From the NCBI RefSeq assembly GCF_963921235.1, contig NC_086097.1:218552001-218616000 (forward strand): 64,000 nucleotides of DNA, given 5' to 3'. Below the pieces are notes generated by a model that ran no database searches, was not told where the DNA came from, and was given only the letters and a program-made list of their open reading frames with translations. A program made the position numbers and the translations under genes. The DNA comes from Mobula hypostoma. Lineage: Eukaryota. Positions 39,810 through 50,976 of the stretch are shown here, piece after piece. How positions within the stretch are numbered: position 1 is the first letter of the stretch; every line of letters begins with the position of its first letter.

Positions 39810-40859
39810 GTAAGCTGTGTAATTTTAGTCTTTGTTAAACATTAATGAAATTAAAGAATCTCTTCTCTACTGCTGTCCTCTGCCTCCCATCATTCCTCAG
39901 CTCCCCTCCCTTCGACCCTTGATCCTCTCCCAGCTGACCTCTGGCCCTGACTCACTGCCGCACATTCAGGCATCCTTCACTTGCATCTAAACTCTTGTCA
40001 GTGCTCCTGCCTGCATTCCCTCTGCCAGTGACTTATGGGTGTTCTGGCTATCCATTCCTGAGATAGCGCTTTGGAGAGACAGGCAGGTGACTGTGACTAG
40101 AAATGACTGCAGGACATTAGTAGTCCCTGCTGTCCTACAAACTTTGGAAACCAGACTACCTAAAGAGAGCGTGTTTTTAATTTGGGATATTATCATTAGT
40201 GTCAAGACCAACTTTTATTGCATACCCTTGATTGTCCTGGTGAAGGTGGTGAGAGCTGTCTTATTGAACTACTGACGTGCTACTAATGAAGGAACTCCCA
40301 TAGTTCTGTTGTGTTGAAAGTTCCAGGGTCTAGATCTGTGATACATTTCCAAGATGGTGTGCAACTTGGAGGGGATCTTGCAGATCTCAGACCTTCTTCG
40401 TGGTGGAAGTTGTAATTTGGGAATTGCTCTTTGACAAGCTTGTGTGAGTGATCGCCATGCATTTTGTACATGGTATGCAATGTAATAATTATGTGCTGGT
40501 GAAGAAGGGAGTGAAAGTTTAGAATAGCTTATGGCATGTTGAACAAGTAGATTACTTTGCCCTGGATTGTGTTGAGCCTCCTGAGAGTTGGCATTGCTCT
40601 CATCTAGATAAATGAATGTATTCCATCATACTCCTGACTCGTACTCAGAAAAATGTTTTTGTGTTACCTGGAGAGTCTCTTCTTGCAGGATAACCAGTCT
40701 GATCTGCTCCTGTAGCCATGGTATTTGACTAGTGTAGGTAGTTGAGATTTAACTTGACTCAGTTACTGTGGGAGTTTCATGCCAGAAGCATATTCTACCA
40801 TATTCCACGGATAAATAGTTGATATGCTACTCCTTGCTATGCTCCACCTGTTCAAGTTC

Positions 40860-41232
40860 AAGTATTGAATATTGAAAAGCCTAGATAGAATGAATGTGAA
40901 GTAGATATTTCCTATAGCGGGGGACCCTAGCATCAGAGTGCACAGCCTCAGAGTAGAGGGATGTTTCCTTGGAAAAGAAATGAAGAGGAATTTTTTAGCC
41001 ACAGGGTGGTGAATCTGTGGAATGCCATGCCACAGATGGCTGTGGAGGCCAAGTGATTGGATCTATTTAAAATAGAGGTTGATAGGTCCTTGATTAGTAA
41101 GGGTGTCAAGGGTTACGGGGAGAGGGTGGGAGAATGGGGGTGAGAAGGATATTGGGTCAGCCATGATGGAATGGTGGAGCAGACTCAATTGGCTGAATGG
41201 CCTAATTTTGCTCCTGTGTCTTATGGTCTTAT
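40860..41232 (+). mobile_element. CR1 3' fragment
   Basis: gggtggtgaatctgtggaat ... tail gtcttatggtctt. Confidence 0.8.
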
Positions 41233-41679
41233 TCTTAATGGCAGAACATCAATTATATTCTGTGTTGAGAACAAACCAGTTTTTTTTTGTGGAACTGTAG
41301 AACAATGAATGTTACGCCCCTGAAAAATGGGGAGAAATAATCACGACAGTGATGTGGTGTTTCCTCATTGAGAGCATTTACTCAAGTGATCAAAAATATA
41401 TACAAATTACAAAAAAAAATCTTCACAACAAATTGGTTGCAGCAGAATACATGCCCTCTGTAAATTACAGCAATATACATTATTTTCCTGAGACATAATT
41501 CTCATTTTCTCTACTGTTACTGGTGAATAATATGTAGCATTAGATCAGTAAACTCTCACAAAACTTAATAAAGTTACTAAATGAACAATACACAAACAAT
41601 TGTGCAAAATACATTTACATATGTGCACATGCAAACTCATAAACGGCAACAATGATGTATTTTGGATTGTACTCACAAG

Positions 41680-41824
41680 GTTTGAAACTAGGCGTGGAAC
41701 AAGATACCTGGATGATGATCTCTGAGAAAGGGGAAAAGTTGTACCATATGCTGTGTAAACAGGAAAATTTAATCAAAGACCGAAAACGGAAACTCAGCAC
41801 ATTTCCAAAATGCTTTTTGGGCAG
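41680..41824 (+). CDS. PREX2: PREX2 coding exon (~exon 10), DEP1 start
   Basis: cacaag|GTTTG...GGGCAG|gtagga, 145 nt. [48 protein letters not shown]. Confidence 0.95.
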
Positions 41825-41879
41825 GTAGGATATGAAATTTTAATATTACCATTAACGGCAATGGTTACTTAATTTTTCT

Positions 41880-44800
41880 CTGACATTTTCTCTATCTTGC
41901 TTCTCTTGAAAATATTCCGTGTCTCATTTAAATGTGCCTTAAATGACACCGTTGTATGTGCCTCAACCACTTCTTCTGGCAGCTCATTCCATACTCTCAC
42001 CACCTTCTGTGTGGAAATTTTGCCCCTTGTATCCCTTTTAAATCTTCCCCTCTCACTCCAATTTTCTGACCCCTAGTTTTGGATGTCTCTACCCTGGGGA
42101 AAAGAATATTACCATCCACCTTATCGATGCCTCTCATAATTTTAAACATTTCTATCTGGTTGCCCCCTCATTCTCCAACTTTCCAAGGAATAAAGACCTA
42201 CCCTGTCCAACCTCTCCATGTAATTCAGATCCACCAGTTGTGAACCTTTTATGCACTCCATTGTTGTAAATCTTTTATGTATTCTTTCCAGTTTAACCAC
42301 ATCTTTCCTATAACAGGGTGATCAAAACTGCACATGGTACTCAAAGTGTGTCCTCGCCAATGAGTTATACAACTATGACATAATGTCTTAGCTCCTGTGC
42401 TCAGTGCGCTGACTGATGAAGGCCAGCATGCTAAATGTCTTTTTCACAACTCTGTCCACATGTGACACCACTTTAAACAAACTGTGTACTTGTACTCCTA
42501 GATTCCTCTCTTCCATTACAATCCCAAGAGCCCTACCATCCATAATATAAGTCCTACGCGGGTTTGACGTTTCTAGTTGCGCCACCTCAGAGTTATTTGT
42601 ATTGAAATCCATTTGCCACTCCTTGGCCCGCTTCCGTAACTGATCAAGAACCCCTTGTAATCTATGATAAGCTTCTTCACTATCAACGCCGCCTCCTAAA
42701 TTTGTGTCATCTGCATACTTACTGATCAAATCTTGAGCATCCAACTCATTTAAATAAATGAGGATCTCAATTCAAACCCCTGTGGCATACCAGTAGCCTC
42801 CATTGCAAGAAACAACCTCCAGCCACCGCCTTCCGCTTTCTACCTCCAAGCCAACTTTGAATCTACCTAATTAGCTGTTACTAGATTTTGGCATCTGAAC
42901 TTCCAGACTAGACTGTCATGTGAGACATTGCCGAAGACCTTCCTAATGTCCAAATAGACAACATTCACGATGCCATCCTCATCTGCCTTATCAGTTACTT
43001 TTGAAAGACTCTAAAATGTTCATCAATCATGACTTTCCACACAGAAAAGCCTGCTGACTCCTCCTAATCAGACTCTAACTATCCAAATGTTGCTCGATCC
43101 TGTCTTTCGGAATCACCTCCACTAATTTCCCCACCACTGATGTTAGGCTGAACATTCTGTAGTCCCCTGGCTCATCCTTGCTACATTTTGTAAACAATGG
43201 AACAGCATTTGCCACCTTCTAGCTTTTGGGAACTTCAATCATAGTAAACAATGAATCAAATATCCCTGCAAGGACTTCCTTCTCTAGCCTCCCACGGTCA
43301 CAGGATTCATTCAGTCAGATGCTGGATTGATTCACCTTAATGTGCTGTGAGATTAAAATACCTCCTCCCTGGTAATATGAATGTTCTCCAAAACAGCTCC
43401 ACTTGTTTTCCGTATCTCTCGAGCAAATATTATTTTTCTCCTCTGTATCTACTGAAGAGAAATATTTGTTAAAATCATACCCACTCCATGTGGTCCAAAA
43501 CATAGCTAACTCTGCTGATCTCTAAGGGGATCTACTGTCTTCCTAGCCACCCTTTTACCCTTAATATAGCTGTAGAATCTCTTTGGATTTTCCTTAACCA
43601 TTTCATACCTTCTTTGTCCTATTGATTTCCCTATTAAAGGTATTCTTAATTATCTTTTAGATATGAAGGGATTTGCTCGATTTCAATTTCCTCACCCAAT
43701 ATATGCTTCCTTCTTTCACTTGATCAGAGCCCCAATATTCCTTGATAGCCGGGGTTCCCTAAATTTGCCAGGTTTACCTTCTACCCTATCAGGAACATAT
43801 TGCTCTTGGACACTTGTTATCACACCCTAAAAAGCCTTCCACTTGCCATTTGTTCATTTTCCTTCAAGCAAGCTCACTGAATTGACCTCTGTTAGATCCT
43901 GACTAATTTCCTCCAAAATTGGACCTGCTCCATTTTAGGACCCTAACCTGTGGACCTGACCTATCCTTTTCTATTACTGTCTTAAAACTAATAGAAGTAT
44001 AGTCACTACAGCCAAAGTATACCCTGGCACCCACTTTAGTTACCTGCCCTGTCATGTTTAGAACATAGAACTGTACAGCTCAGGAGCAGGCCCCTTGGTC
44101 AAACCAGTTAAATTAGTAAACAAATGGCCAACTACACTAATCTCTTCTGCCTGCAAAATGTCAATATCTTTCCATTTTCCTTACATTCATGTGTCTATCT
44201 AAATGTCTTTAATGTATCTACTCTACCACCACACCAGACAGTGCATTCCAGGCACCCACAACCCTCTGTGTAAAACATTTGCCCCTCAGATCTCCTTTGA
44301 ACTTACCCCCACTCACCTTAAATGCATGCCCTCTAGTATTAGACACTTCAACCCTGGGAAAAAGATACTGTCTGTCTGCTCTACCTGCGCCTCACATAAA
44401 CTTCCATCAGATCTCCCCTCAGCCTCCGCTGTTTCAGAGGAAGCAACCTAAATTTGTCCAACCTCTCATTACAGCACATGCCCTCCATCATTCTTATAGC
44501 TGTGAGTAATATTCCTGCACAACTGTTCTTCAAGTTCCCACTAGAGTGATGTTTCCCATCTTGTTAAACCTTAGGTACTAAAATAAGTGCAGTTTAACTG
44601 AGTATTCTCTTCCCTGCCTTTACCATGTCCCTGGCTATCCTGGTTACTAGACTCGTTCTTGCTGGCTGTTGATTTATGCCATGACTAGCTCCTGCTCAGG
44701 TTCCACCACCCTGCCAATCACTAGCAGATTTACCTGCTAGGATACTAGTTCCTCTCTAGTTCAACCTGTCACTCTTGTACTTATCATCTCTACCAAGTAA

Positions 44801-45010
44801 GAGATCCTCGTAATCCAAGAAACTGAATTCCTGCCCCCTGCACCATGTTCTCAGCCATATCTGGCCAATCCTTCCATTTCCAACCTCACTAACGTATGGC
44901 ATTGGGAGTAATCTGGAGATTACCACCCTGCTTCTTAAGTTACTAATTTTACTTCTAACTCCCTATGTTCATTGAGCAGGACCTCATCCCTTGTATCGTG
45001 TAGTGGCTGG
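41880..45010 (-). mobile_element. Old, heavily decayed near-full-length CR1 (ORF1 end, EN, RT) with a nested CR1 3' fragment at ~44059-44490
   Basis: ISKYADDTNLGG...WQMDFN at 42388-42744. 44900-44935 resembles the ORF1 esterase region of 5600-5640. The nested piece begins tagaacatagaactgtacag. Confidence 0.75.
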
Positions 45011-45429
45011 TGCTTGTCACTGCATATTTTCTGAAATCAACATAAAATGAAATTGAACCTTGTGATGAAGGAATCAGCACAGCATCTCTCAGAGGAGCTC
45101 TTTGGCCACTCTGAGATGGCGTTTGAGAAGGAACATTACAATGCATTTCCTTGAGGCAGACAGCATGGTGACATTAGGCATTGCAACATTGGATTTATCT
45201 CCCTTTCTGGAGATGGTCACTATTACCACCTCTCTGCATGCTGTCCTCAACCGCAGAATAGTCAATATCTTCACAATAGAAGTAGATTGATGCTATGCTC
45301 TAGTACTTCAACAAAGATTCTGTTTGCTTATGAGGTCATTTTTTCAGCTGTCAATGACCCATTCAACCTCTAAACTGGTGGGGCAGTACTGAGATTATAT
45401 CTTTTTGCATCAAAGGAGAACTTACGAGC

Positions 45430-46226
45430 TCTTCGGTAAAAGGACCGATAGCCCAGACTATTATCTAACTGGGGAGAAGGTTCAAACATCAGAGGTGCAG
45501 AGGGACTCAGAAGTCCTTGTGCAAGACTCCCAGAAAGTTAATTTAAATGTTGAGTCTGTGGGAAAGAAGGCAAATGCGATGTTGGCATTTATTTCAAGGG
45601 GAATAGAATATTAAAGCAAGCAGAGAATGCTGAGCCTTTACAAGACACCAGTCAGGCAGCACTTGGAGTATTATCAATAGTTTTGGGCCCCATATCTCAG
45701 AAACATTGCGTTGTCATTGGAGAAAGTCCAGAGGAGGTTCACAAGGATGATTCCGGGAATGAAGGGGTTAACATATGAGGAGCATTTGGCAACTTTGGGC
45801 CTGTACTCATTGGAGTTTAGAAGAATGCGGGGGGGAATCTCATTGAAACCTACTGAAAGTTCAAAGGTCTAATTAGGGTGGATGTGGAGAGGATGTTTCC
45901 TATGGTGGGGGTATCCAGAGGTAGAGGACATAGCCCCAAAATTGAGGGGCGACCCTTTAGAACGGAGGTAAGGAGGAATTTTTTTAGCTGATGAGTAGTA
46001 AATCTGTGGAATGTTCTGCCATGGACTGTGGTGGAGGCCAAGTCCATCGGTATATTTAATGCAGAAGTTGATAGCTTCCTGATCAGTCAGGGCATCAAGG
46101 GATATGGCAAGAAGGCAGGTATATGGGACTGAATGGGATCCGGGATCGGCCATGATGGAATGCCGGGGTAGACTCGATGGGCTAAATGGCCTAATTCTGC
46201 TCCTATGTCTTATGGTCTTAAGGTCT
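45430..46226 (+). mobile_element. CR1 3' fragment
   Basis: KKANAMLAFISRGIEY; tail gtcttatggtcttaaggtct. Confidence 0.85.
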
Positions 46227-46622
46227 TCTTCAGGGTGCTCAGACTAATCAGTGCTGACTGCCTCAATGACCATGATAGGCCTTCTTTGTATGGCTGGTCC
46301 CTGGGAGTTTGATCTGGGCACTGTGAGGAATTCCTGCATGTTGAATCTCCTGTTATCTTTCAACCAGACATCAGGAGGGTCTAGAGACTTGAGGGCTGAC
46401 GATGTCACCGAAGTGTGTTGCAAACCTACTGGCCACCATCCTCGTTCTGACTTTCTATGAGCTGGAAAAATCAGTAATGAAAAGCATGCTTTCTGCTCCG
46501 CTGCCACGTATAATCTGGTGAGGTGGGTGGGCCAGCATTTTGGAGCAGTGCAGTTGAGGAAAATTTAGATATTTATCAGGACATCTTTAACAATGTTTCA
46601 ATGATCACAACTAGCCAAATCT

Positions 46623-46790
46623 CCCACTTTCAAATCTCTTACTATCTCTTCTTTCAGTTAGTCCTGATGAAGGGTCTCGGCCCAAAACGTCGACTGTACT
46701 TCTTCCTATAGATGCTGCCTGGCCTGCTGCATTCACCAGCATTTTGCGTGTGTTGCCTGAATTTCCAGCATACGCAGATTTTCTCGCGTG
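46623..46790 (+). mobile_element. Short Penelope-like tail insertion with TSD
   Basis: Near-identical to 34575-34742; flanked by CCAAATCT at 46615-46622 and 46794-46801. Confidence 0.85.
46659..46696 (+). ncRNA. Minimal hammerhead ribozyme motif (G12 mutated to A, cleavage triplet intact)
   Basis: TAGTC-CTGATGA-AGGGTCTCGGCCC-AAAAC-GTC-GACTG. Confidence 0.65.
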
Positions 46791-46980
46791 TACCCAAATC
46801 TACATAGTGGTTGTCAGTGATATTTGAAGGCTGCAGTGAAAACTGCGAATCAAAGCCAGTTTCAGAGATTTGCATTCTGTTTTCTGACAGGATAAAATCC
46901 AGCATGTGGTAGAGTGCTGAGTGGCTATTTGGGAGCAGCAATATTTTTAATAGGAACTAAGCATAGCTTTTATACTTTAG

Positions 46981-47081
46981 TGAGTTTGTCGCATGGCTGA
47001 TGGAAATTAAAGAGATCAGTAAACCTGAAGAAGGAGTTCATCTGGGCCAAGCGCTGTTGGAGAACGGAATCATCCATCATG
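46981..47081 (+). CDS. PREX2: PREX2 coding exon (~exon 11), DEP1
   Basis: actttag|TGAG...CATCATG|gtgagt, 101 nt. [34 protein letters not shown]. Confidence 0.96.
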
Positions 47082-47348
47082 GTGAGTGACGATGGGGTTA
47101 GTACTGGGCTGATTGGACATATGAAGCATTATATATTGATTTTATTGGTTTATTATTGTTCCTTGTGCTGAGATACAGTGAAAAACTTCTGGTTACATAC
47201 CATTAGGTAGATCATGCCATACACAAGTTATGAATGGATATCAAAGTAGACCTTATACAGCTGTATACATAGGTCTACATTGATATTAATTTATAATCAC
47301 TCCCTGTGACTTAAAATGTATCTCACTCCAACAATTATTCGAAGGGTC

Positions 47349-47798
47349 TGTTGGATTCCGATGTTTTTAATTCAATGTTCTTTCAGAAGTCGGGAAAGAG
47401 GCACGGAACAAAGAAAATCTAAACCAGACAGTAGCAGGAGTGGTGCATAGTAGCAAAAGGGAGAAACAAAAGTAAAAAGAACATGACCAATGTGGAACAG
47501 CTCTTTTTCTACTACAGAAGTAGAAGAGAAAAATTCCATTACAATTTTTACAGATAAGAGTCAGCCAGTCAGAAACCCCTTATTTAAAATGATGCAGCAC
47601 CAAGAGAAGTTTCCAGAGCTTTCCAGAATCATACTAATGTATCCACTAGGGGACACACTGAACAACTGCATATACATACTGTGACCACTAGGAAGCATAC
47701 TAAGCAATTACTTACATATAAGTAATTATATAAAATACAAGCAGACAATTAATTGTTAAACTGCAGAGAAAATAGCAATTATACAGTCAGATTCAACA
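47349..47798 (-). repeat. ERV 3' LTR
   Basis: TGTTGGAT...ATTCAACA inverted termini; direct repeat of 52731-53327. PPT AAAGGGGTG-AT abuts it on the - strand (47799-47810). Confidence 0.85.
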
Positions 47799-48788
47799 AT
47801 CACCCCTTTGATTCTAAATCACACATCTAGAATCATTATATCTGAAAATACAGAGGTAGAAAAACTTGTGGTATCTACATCAAGTATAAAGTAATCAAAC
47901 ACTACCTTAGTTATAAAATTATTAAAGACATATTCTTCAAAGTATTCACAGGATTATGTCAGGGTTAGGCAGATTATTAGGCATACTTACATGAGTTTGA
48001 ACTATTCTATTAATGACCGTTATACAGTACATGTAAAAAAGATGTAAACTATGATAAAACATATTAGTAGGAATATTAGTACTCGTAAGTAGGAGAAATT
48101 GTAAAAAATGTAACAACAACTAATATCAGAATAAACTTCATAATGTCCAGTAGTTGTTGATTTGCTTGAAGTCTTCTGGCTGGTTAGTGATTTGTTCACT
48201 ACAGACCAGCAGCATAAGCATTATCATTAGCACATTAACTACAGTGCTTATTGTCCTCCTCAAGTGCCACTTTAGCTCACTTGCTGTGGCTGGCGTGTAT
48301 CCATTTACTTTTGCCGTCTACCTTCACCACTGAGTTGGCAACAGCACTTGATAAGAACCTTCCCATTGAGCTCTCCAGTGGATCGTTATGTGGCTTCTTA
48401 ATCAGGATCCACTCACCAGGAATCAGGGTGTGTCCTCCTCCTATTGGATCACTCCAAGCAGCAGAAACCTGCTAAGAAGCAGACTGGACAGCTTGTGTTA
48501 ATTTCACACAATAGTTAACTAAACTGTCTGCCATAATGTGTATGTATATTAGCCTCTTAGAGATTGAGTGCTCCTAGCAATGACGTAGGATGTCCTGTTA
48601 CCACATCAAATGGACTTACTTTAGTTTTGTTGTTTGGGGTTGCTGCGATGTTACATAAGACTATAGGAAGAGCTGTAGGCCATGGTATGCCTTTCTCTTG
48701 ATACTTGATGTTGTTTGATAATTCCATACTCATTCATCTTGTTCTGAAAATGCTGGGTGATGTGGACAATGAAAAGACCATTCAATGT

Positions 48789-49095
48789 GGCTTCCCATCC
48801 CATGATCCTTTCCCTTCTCCAGTCTGGTATCCCTTTTGCCAATCAACTTTCCAGCTCCAGATCCACCCCTCCCCTCCTGTCTTCTCCTATCATATCGGAT
48901 CTCCCCCTCCCACTCCCACTTTCAAATCTCCTACTATCTCTTCTTTCAGTTAGTCCTGACGAAGGGTCTCAGCCCGAAACGTCGACTGTACCTCTTCCTA
49001 TAGATGCTGCCTGGACTGCTGTGTTCGCCAGCATTTTTTGTGTGTGTTGCTTGAATTTCCAGCATCTACAGATTTCCTCATGTCTGTGTTTTTAA
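48789..49095 (+). mobile_element. Penelope-like tail insertion inside the ERV integrase, 9-bp TSD
   Basis: ATTCAATGT at 48780-48788 and 49096-49104. Removing the insert restores integrase MNIEWSFHCPHHP. Confidence 0.9.
48951..48988 (+). ncRNA. Minimal type I hammerhead ribozyme, intact core
   Basis: Helix I UAGUC/GACUG; CUGACGA (48956-48962); helix II GGGU/GCCC; GAAAC-GUC (48976-48983) with palindromic ACGU in place of helix III. Confidence 0.8.
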
Positions 49096-49401
49096 ATTCA
49101 ATGTTCATCAGTTGACATAATTCTTGACAAATGTTCTGAGTGAAATGTGTGCCTTGATCAGAGTCAATGTGACATGGCAATCCCCATCTAGGAGTATAGT
49201 CCTTGATCACAATTTTTTCTGTGCCTGTGGCAGTGGCTCTTCTTGCTTAAACTTAAACCCATCTTGAAAAATTGTCCACTATAACCAGTACATCTGAGTA
49301 TCCTCGACACTTTGGTAAAGAAATGTAGTAAGCTTGACCAGGTTGGGCAGGGCACTTAGTTTTGATAGCTTTTCCACTGATCCTGGATTTGTTTTCTGGT
49401 A

Positions 49402-50976
49402 CAGGTTTCCCCCGCCATCCGAAGGTAAAGTGTTCCTATGAAACGGTTCGTAAGCTGAAATATCGTAAAGTGAAGAAGCAATTACCATTTATTTATATGG
49501 GAAAATTTTGTGAGCATTCGCAGACCCAAAAATAACCTTCCAAATCATGCCAAGTAACACATAAAACCTAAAATAACAGCAACATATAGTAAAAGCAGGA
49601 ATGATATGATAAATACACAGCCTATATAAAGTAGAAATACTTTTCCACAATCATTACTGCACTGTTCTCCGTAGCGAAAATCTCACGCAAGCGCCATCGG
49701 CAGAAAATCTCACGCAAGTGCTGTTGGCAAAAACACGGCGCAAGCGCTCTCCAGTAACCTTTAAGCTATGAAGCTGCCAAATTATACCAAATAACACATA
49801 AAAATACCCAGCTGATATAAAGTAGAAATAATGTATGTACAGTGTAGTATCACTTACTGGAATTGGGAAGACAGCGCTGAGCACACTGATAATGATGTGT
49901 TAGGCTGAGTCGGAGCTTGGGTGGTGCAGTGGCCCCCACCCTCCAGGCCGCCGAGCGATACATTGCCGCGAAGCATGCAGGGGTGCAGTGGTAGCTGGGA
50001 GGCACACAGCACATCTTTAAGAAAAAAGCCGAAATAAACATGCTAATTAATTAGGTGCCGCCCAGCACGTAATTGTTGGCCCAGATCAGTGCCGATTTTC
50101 GATTGCGTCGTCTCTGATCTGGGCCGACAATTACGTGTCGGCAGCACCTAATTAATTAGCATGTTTATTTCGGCTTTTTTCTTAAAGATGTGCTGTGTGC
50201 CTCCCGGCTACTGTTGCATTCAAAGGGAATCGGTATCTGTCCATAGCCTGGGGATTGGGGTGGTGGGACACTGGGGTGTCATCTCGTCATCGTCTGTTTC
50301 CATTAGGACAGGCAGGTCATCTTCTATCTCTACCCGCCTCAATGTCGAAGGTCGAGGTTTGTCGTCTGCTGTGGCTGATGTGGAAGGCTTGCTTGACTGC
50401 TGAGCCTCGCGCATTTTTCTATCACACAGTTCTTTGTAAGGACTCAAACTATCCTGCAAATATCCTCTAAGCCGACGTACCCTTTCAAAATTAAAGTCGT
50501 ACTTTATCGTTACTCATTTGGTTTCTATTGTTATCCTTTTTTCTTCCAATTGCATCAGATCTTCATCTATCAGATCTTGGTCATGGGATGCCAAAACCTC
50601 TTCAACATCATGTTCATCAGCTTCCACAAGCCAAACTCACGTTGTCCTTACTTCGTTCACCACGATCGAAACGCTTAATTATGTCTAGTTTTACGCTAAG
50701 TGTAACACCCTTACGAGCTCTTTTAGGCTTCTCCGATACCATAGAACTCATCTTGCAAATGACTGCTCACAGCATGTGTTAAAGCAATGCCGGTGAGGTT
50801 GCAGTTCTGAATCCAGGGGAGTGCGGCTGCTCGGGGCGCACGCTGCCTTTTATCGCGCGCTGATTTTTTTCGCAACAGTGAAAACACCTTCTGAAAGCTA
50901 AAACAAGGTACTAATGTAGGTCTTTCGTAACAGTGAGGTTTTGTAAAGTGAACGTTCGAAAAGCGGGGGACACCTG
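49402..50976 (-). mobile_element. Young Tigger-like deletion derivative inserted in the ERV integrase zinc finger
   Basis: TA|CAGGTTTCCCCCGCCATCCGAA ... TTCGAAAAGCGGGGGACACCTG|TA. Minus-strand HTH start MSSMVSEKPKRARKGVTLSVKLDIIKRFDRGE is joined to a C-terminal remnant DEHDVEEVLASHDQDL. CpG-rich. Confidence 0.88.
49984..50218. repeat. Long near-perfect inverted repeat (~105-bp arms, ~24-nt loop)
   Basis: Arms 49984-50089 / 50114-50218. The ORF track gives the same peptide MFISAFFLKMCCVPP on both strands. Confidence 0.95.
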
